From IMG/VR virus record IMGVR_UViG_3300016476_000660, positions 1-59,743 of that record: a stretch of DNA of 59,743 bases. One strand, given 5' to 3'. Position numbers and translations under genes: made by a program. Positions 54,371 through 59,743 of the stretch are shown here, one piece after another (position 1 is the stretch's first letter; every line of letters starts with the position of its first letter). The notes below the pieces were generated by a model, which was not told the origin of the DNA, ran no database searches, and worked only from the letters and a program-made list of their open reading frames with translations. Origin of the DNA: a virus (taxonomy: Duplodnaviria > Caudoviricetes).

Positions 54371-57300
54371 TATGCTCTCCGAAGTAACTCAGCCCGCATG
54401 GCGGGAATTGATTTTGTCATTTGCACTTTCTTTTTGACTGCGCCACCCTTAGCGTAGCCTGGGCGAGGCTCGGCTTCAAATGCGCGAAGCGCGTATTCTA
54501 GTATGTAAGGGCTTATTTCACCAAAAAAGTCAACAGGCTCCTCACGAATTCTTTCGGTATAATCATGCACTGTTGTTTGTATAGACGCCTCGTCATCAGT
54601 AGCGTCGATCATATTGCCTAATTGTTCGCGCAAATGCTCAAGTATTCCGCCTGCTTCGCCAAAGTCAGCCGGTGTTAGAAACTCTGCCAATGCGTTATTT
54701 GCCATACGCCGAATAGGATCTGGCATTGTGTCCATTTCAGTTAGCAATGCATCACGATTTGCAATATCAGTCCAATCAGTTTCAAACCCAGGCGTATCAA
54801 TGTCATCAAACAACGTTGCTAAAGCGTCTTGTGGTACTTGTACTTCAGCAGGAGGTGGCGGGAGTTCTTCTGCTGCACGCAACTCGCGTATACGATCGTT
54901 GACTGCGCGTATAGTTCTGAATATATGTTGATGCGCGTCTCTAAAATCTTGCAAAACACGTGCGTCAACAGGCAACCCTTGGTTCTGTTGATCTTCCAAT
55001 CGTGCAATAGAGTCTTCAATGCTATTTAATGACGCTATTTGTTGATTGCCATAATTCATTAACGCCTGCGGGTCATCAATGATATCCGTAGGTAGCAGGT
55101 CAGGGGCAGGCAGCGCTTCAGGGGCGACAATAGGCTCAGTTGTAGGCACCACATTGCCACTATTTTGCTTCACAAACTCATCAAATTGCTTTTGTGTCAT
55201 GAAGCGTGGCGCTGTGCTATAGTCAATGCTGCGTATAACGTCAGTAGGCACGTCAGTGCGACGCTCAGCATTGCGTGCCAATAGTCTAAAGTCGTTATTG
55301 TTTTTTGTATCGAATACGCCAGCGTTCTCATGCAAATTGCTTGATGTCTGGTTAATGATGCTTGCGTATTCATTCATATACTCGGCAATGTCATCCGCGT
55401 ACTCAGGATTGATACGACCATTTTTAGCGCCGGATACGTAGCCTACGCTATAACCCCCTTCTCTGCGAGGCGTCAACTCGATGGTTGCTACAGGCAAGCC
55501 TGTTTCAGTATCTCGCACACTGGCCAAGCGCTTATTGCCTTCAAGTACAGCGTTTACGTATGAGAACTCAGAAGGGTCTCTACCACCTGTGAATTCATTT
55601 TTTGCAAAGTCAAAGATAGGCTTATAGCTTTGTCTCTCGTCTGTAAATAAATTGCGTGAGCCCTCAGGCGCTTGTCCACATTGACCGACGCAATGGTCCA
55701 ACACCAACGTATCCAAACTTAGTACTTTGGCAATCGTCTCAGGCGGCGTTTCAAAGTCCAACTCAATGACTCTAGTATTCGGCAATGCAATTTGCGCCAA
55801 GTCCAATTGTTCTTGCGCGGCATCGAGAGTTTTTTGCTTTGCCATCTGCGCTACTCGAGCTTCTTCTGCTTCTTTGGCCATACGCTTCTCAGCGCCTTTG
55901 CGTACATACTTTTCAACGGTCAGATTCTTGAGCTGATCAGCCGGTATATTGCCTTGCACTACATCGTTATAGAAATCTTGTGCAATCTTTCCAAAACCTG
56001 CATCACTTTCCATTGTGCCTTCGCGACCTACATATAACGTTTCGCCCTCCGCTGCACGTGTAGCAGACGGATAAAACGGACGCTCATACGGATCAATATC
56101 GCGTTCTAAAAATTCTTTTGGCGTACGTGGCACAACTGCAGTATCTGTTACTGTTTCATACGCCATGCCTGTCTTTAAGTTCTCAACTTCTTTTTCGAGT
56201 TGTTGAACTTGGCGGCCTTTGACGCGCAATGGGTTGGTCAGTGCTGCATACTCAGGAATCGTTGCCGGGTCCACGCCTTGCGCTTCAGCTTGAGCAAGCA
56301 ACGTATTACGTTGATCTTGCATTGCTTGCAATTCATCTTGAGCATTGCGTAACTGCTCAATCTTTTCTTGTGCAACCGCAGCCACAGTGCCGCCAGGTGG
56401 TAAGCCTGCCAATTCACGAGAAGGTTGCACCCAATTAGGTTGTACGTATGAAGCAAGCTCCCGCACACGTGCAGGTGATTCATATGTTAAGCCTTGCGCC
56501 GCCAACGCCACCAATGGGTCGCCTTCAGTGCCTACATTACGAATCAAATAATTTGAGAAGGGGCCTTGCAACCAATCCACAGCGGCTGCATGGCGTTGTG
56601 TGAAGTCAGTAGGTGTTACAACATTAGCGCCTGTGCGCTCAGCTATTGCACGTGCTTCAGGTGAATTCAAATATTCTGTATACAACTCCATCGTTTTGGC
56701 TGCATTGGAGTTGCGCTCAGTGTATGCCCTATCAAATGCACGTCTTGCATCTTGCATCTCAAGGCCTGGGAACATTTCCATTTTGCGCATTGCTGCGAAG
56801 TTGCGCATGCCATCTAATACCTCATTAGGCAGCTCACTCTCAACGTAATTACGCCATTGCGTAAACAAATTGTATGGGCTCAAATCTCGAGACGCACCTG
56901 CAAATGATCGCACAATATTGGTTGCTGGGTCCACACTAAAGCTTGCGCCCATTGCTGTTTCAGGCTTGGTAGGCTCCACCAACCTTGTGCCTTTTTTACG
57001 CACCGCGTACATTTCAGGAGATGTAGCTGCGGCAAATGGAGACTCATCTTGCAGACTTTGGCGCCTTTCACTTATGCTGGCCCACTCATCGGCCAAGCTT
57101 TGCAGACGTGAACCAATGGTGGGTTTGCCTGTAATGGGGTCAATGCGCTGAAAGCCAGTTTGTGCTGCTTGGAAATCTGCGGGTACTTCTCTCAATTGCG
57201 TGGCCAAACGCGCAGCATCGCCTTTTAACGCCAAGACATCGGAGCCTGTGAGCATGGGGCGACGAGGTAAACCACCAGGCATCATTGGCCATGCCTGTGG

Positions 57301-57759
57301 CATCTTGGTTTCCTCAAATACCTTGCCTACGTTGGACGCAAACTCAGCGCCTTGTGGCGTTTGCACTGGCGCGGCGTTCTTTTCAAGTAGTGCATTAACC
57401 TCGGGCGTAGAAGTTTGCCTTGTGGCTAACGCCTCAATAGGCGTCCTCACCATCATCTGAAACGGATTGCCAAAGAGCGTATTGGTTACGTCAGAGACTT
57501 GTTGCGGTAGACTTGAGATATCGCGCTGCAATTCTGAAAAGCGTTGACGCGGCTTTGCAAGCGGGTCCTTGAAATTGGCATGCCGCATCGTGGCCAATGC
57601 GCGGCGCATCTCATCGATGTTAGGCGGGTTGTCATAAAGCGGATTGCCAGTGGGAATGTCCAAGTATCCTGGACGTGGGACTTCGCCTCGAGGGCGGGGT
57701 GTTCCTGCGTAGTAGTCTTCTTCGCCAGGAATGTAGTTGCCTAACGCGTCATATGGCAT
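54370..57759 (-). CDS. Large multidomain protein (1129 aa) with PcfJ-like domain and C-terminal YAKGG motif
   Basis: LDHCVG...LASVRD..G.PVATIE...G..N. Lies between terL and the portal. Confidence 0.7.
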   Translation of the reverse strand: MPYDALGNYIPGEEDYYAGTPRPRGEVPRPGYLDIPTGNPLYDNPPNIDEMRRALATMRHANFKDPLAKPRQRFSELQRDISSLPQQVSDVTNTLFGNPFQMMVRTPIEALATRQTSTPEVNALLEKNAAPVQTPQGAEFASNVGKVFEETKMPQAWPMMPGGLPRRPMLTGSDVLALKGDAARLATQLREVPADFQAAQTGFQRIDPITGKPTIGSRLQSLADEWASISERRQSLQDESPFAAATSPEMYAVRKKGTRLVEPTKPETAMGASFSVDPATNIVRSFAGASRDLSPYNLFTQWRNYVESELPNEVLDGMRNFAAMRKMEMFPGLEMQDARRAFDRAYTERNSNAAKTMELYTEYLNSPEARAIAERTGANVVTPTDFTQRHAAAVDWLQGPFSNYLIRNVGTEGDPLVALAAQGLTYESPARVRELASYVQPNWVQPSRELAGLPPGGTVAAVAQEKIEQLRNAQDELQAMQDQRNTLLAQAEAQGVDPATIPEYAALTNPLRVKGRQVQQLEKEVENLKTGMAYETVTDTAVVPRTPKEFLERDIDPYERPFYPSATRAAEGETLYVGREGTMESDAGFGKIAQDFYNDVVQGNIPADQLKNLTVEKYVRKGAEKRMAKEAEEARVAQMAKQKTLDAAQEQLDLAQIALPNTRVIELDFETPPETIAKVLSLDTLVLDHCVGQCGQAPEGSRNLFTDERQSYKPIFDFAKNEFTGGRDPSEFSYVNAVLEGNKRLASVRDTETGLPVATIELTPRREGGYSVGYVSGAKNGRINPEYADDIAEYMNEYASIINQTSSNLHENAGVFDTKNNNDFRLLARNAERRTDVPTDVIRSIDYSTAPRFMTQKQFDEFVKQNSGNVVPTTEPIVAPEALPAPDLLPTDIIDDPQALMNYGNQQIASLNSIEDSIARLEDQQNQGLPVDARVLQDFRDAHQHIFRTIRAVNDRIRELRAAEELPPPPAEVQVPQDALATLFDDIDTPGFETDWTDIANRDALLTEMDTMPDPIRRMANNALAEFLTPADFGEAGGILEHLREQLGNMIDATDDEASIQTTVHDYTERIREEPVDFFGEISPYILEYALRAFEAEPRPGYAKGGAVKKKVQMTKSIPAMRAELLRRA

Positions 57760-59179
57760 AGGGATTGACCCTCTTCGGCTTAGCGTCGTCGGAATACGAA
57801 CTCTCGTCATTGTATACCGGATCAATGTCCAAGAATCCCATATCTCTCAAAATTCTCAATGCTTGAGTCGTGGCATCTACCAGGTCGTCATGCCGAACTT
57901 CAGGAAAGGCGCACAGCTGGCTGATCAATGGTTCCACCCAATCACGTGCAAAGCCGGACTTCTTCATCGACTCAGGTACGTAGACACGACCCCGCTTAAT
58001 GATAGGGGCCACGATGTTCAGCCTCTGCATCTTGTCTGCCATTCCCGGGTTGTAGCTTCTTACCGGGACTCCCGCTCTTTGGAGATCTTGAAGGAGACTG
58101 ATGCCGGCCGACTTATCTTCGATGAGTACAAGGTCGACCTTCTTCCCGTGCCCAAACTCATTGTCGTCCCCATAAATCGACTTAGACTCTTCCACGACTT
58201 TTGGTCGTAAGTCGGGATACTGCAAATGCTCTTCCCAGCAATCGACGACCATTGCTGAGAGGGGTTTGTCGTCAGACGGCTTGAAAATCCCGAACACGAC
58301 ACAAGCTGTCGGGTCATTGTGGGTTTTATCCGAAGTAGCGCAATCGTAGGATTGAACGACATACTCAAACTTCGGGAGAGGCTTCTCAGCAGGCCAGAGC
58401 TTAAACCAGTCACGCTTGACGATACCCGCCTCTTCGGGGTCGATGATCTCGGCATGAATCTCTTGGCGCCCAAGTTTGGTCCCCTCGTATTGAAGAATTT
58501 GTTTCTGGAAGGTCGGAGCGAGGTTCTGGAGGTTGTCGTAGGTGCTGGCCGTGGTGTACACCACATCGTCACCCTCGCGGCCTACCAGATCAATGATCAA
58601 GGGCTTGGGCTTAGGCGTTGTGGTGCAGATCAGCCGGGGGTTCTTGCCAAGCCGCAATCCGAATTGCAGCATATCCCATGCATCATCCAGGTAGTCCCAT
58701 GCAGCCAACTCGTCAAGCCAACCACCATGGAACTGAGGACCTCGAAATCGTTCCGGCTCTGAGGCCGGGATGCCTTTGATGATAGACCCGTTAATGAGTC
58801 TGATCTCGTGAAGAGACTTGGTGTATGTCTCGATAAGGGGCTGCGGTATGACGTTAAGCAGTCCGGAGTCGCCTTCAAAGCAAACATCACGAACATCTCC
58901 GGATGTAGGGGCTGAGACCAACCATCGTGTGCCGGGCTGAGACCAAGCTTCCCACCACACCCACTCAGCTGCGCACCGAGTCTTTCCTGCTCCACGCCCT
59001 GCAAGGAGCAACCACACACTCCACCAATCACCTGCGGGCGGAATCTGATGTCGCCCTGCTTTTGTCAGCCATTTGACTCGTGCTAAAGTCGCTGCTTTAT
59101 GCTCCGGCGGAAGCTTGTTGAGATCCGGCCCTTTGCGTATCTTCTCGGCAAATTGCTCACTTATCTCGGGACTCAGCAT
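57749..59179 (-). CDS. terL: Terminase large subunit
   Basis: AGRGAGKT, RGPQF...WLDE, TTTPK, IEDK.AG, HDDLVDA. Confidence 0.95.
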   Translation of the reverse strand: MLSPEISEQFAEKIRKGPDLNKLPPEHKAATLARVKWLTKAGRHQIPPAGDWWSVWLLLAGRGAGKTRCAAEWVWWEAWSQPGTRWLVSAPTSGDVRDVCFEGDSGLLNVIPQPLIETYTKSLHEIRLINGSIIKGIPASEPERFRGPQFHGGWLDELAAWDYLDDAWDMLQFGLRLGKNPRLICTTTPKPKPLIIDLVGREGDDVVYTTASTYDNLQNLAPTFQKQILQYEGTKLGRQEIHAEIIDPEEAGIVKRDWFKLWPAEKPLPKFEYVVQSYDCATSDKTHNDPTACVVFGIFKPSDDKPLSAMVVDCWEEHLQYPDLRPKVVEESKSIYGDDNEFGHGKKVDLVLIEDKSAGISLLQDLQRAGVPVRSYNPGMADKMQRLNIVAPIIKRGRVYVPESMKKSGFARDWVEPLISQLCAFPEVRHDDLVDATTQALRILRDMGFLDIDPVYNDESSYSDDAKPKRVNPYAI

Positions 59180-59624
59180 CGGATTGTCTCACAGCCAAAA
59201 GCTCGTTCAACAGCTCACCCGTGAAGTCATGCGTATGCTCAACTTGCACAGGCCCGTCGTTCTTACCCGTGAGCTCAACTTTGGAGTTCTCCCGATATTG
59301 CTCGGGGAACCGCGCAGCCATGCTTCTTGACCAGAGACCAGTGTTTAGCTTTGGACCGCCTGGCGTCTCAATCATGTGAAGATGCGCCATCTCTTCCCAA
59401 TACGCCAATGCGTCAAGACGTGCTATGCTCAAGGCTCGCTGAAAATCTTCGTGAGCAATTTCCCAATTGGCAAGGTTGGTAGGCGTAATACCAAGCTCTG
59501 ACGCAATCTGCCAACGCGACTTACCTTGCTTACCAAGCTCAATGACTCGCTCGCAATAAGCCGGGTCGTACTTGGTTGGACGTCCTAAAAACTTTCCGTT
59601 TTTTGATGGAGTCTTGGTAGTCAT
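59157..59624 (-). CDS. terS: Terminase small subunit
   Basis: GRPTKY, HTH, ELTGK.DGPVQ. Immediately upstream of terL. Confidence 0.8.
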   Translation of the reverse strand: MTTKTPSKNGKFLGRPTKYDPAYCERVIELGKQGKSRWQIASELGITPTNLANWEIAHEDFQRALSIARLDALAYWEEMAHLHMIETPGGPKLNTGLWSRSMAARFPEQYRENSKVELTGKNDGPVQVEHTHDFTGELLNELLAVRQSDAESRDK

Positions 59625-59729
59625 GGCTCGGATTTTATCCTCATTTTCGAAAAAGTAAACACAGGAACCAAAATGGCAACGGGTTACAAAAAATGGTTTC
59701 ACCCAGCCAGAACTCTATATAATTATAAT

Positions 59730-59743
59730 ATTTATTTTTTATT
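59730..59743. repeat. Terminal direct repeat, copy 2
   Basis: Identical to 1-14. Confidence 0.6.

Overview
The window looks like a complete or near-complete ~59.7 kb lytic tailed dsDNA phage genome, probably with a short tail. A 14-nt sequence is repeated at both ends. There is no integrase, RNA polymerase, tape measure protein, tRNA or CRISPR array. An Rz/Rz1 spanin pair implies a Gram-negative host. Layout: (i) a minus-strand primase-helicase beside a GTTACA-repeat, origin-like region that spans the window ends; (ii) a plus-strand early/replication arm (2.4-20.9 kb) with an array of small mosaic genes joined by a conserved junction sequence, then DUF932, a pyrimidine-dimer glycosylase-like gene, a MazG-like pyrophosphatase, an SSB-like gene, family A polymerase, nucleases and an SNF2 helicase; (iii) a minus-strand late arm (20.9-59.6 kb) with terminases, a 1129-aa PcfJ-like protein, portal, GroES, scaffold, Mu gpT-like capsid, fibres with LamG modules, a lysis cassette and ejection proteins. 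Best candidate system: a compact cytosine-hypermodification cluster at 17.0-19.8 kb (dCMP-type thymidylate synthase homolog, T4 beta-glucosyltransferase-like enzyme, and a dNMP kinase fused to a degenerate UDG-fold domain) in a small PolA phage. Other leads: a shared [YFML]-x-x-G-G peptide motif on six late proteins, a Tat-signal mini-LamG early protein resembling the phage's own fibre domains, and two structured RNA candidates. All family calls come from motif recognition by eye, not database searches. Many start codons were moved from the ORF track using RBS and overlap evidence.
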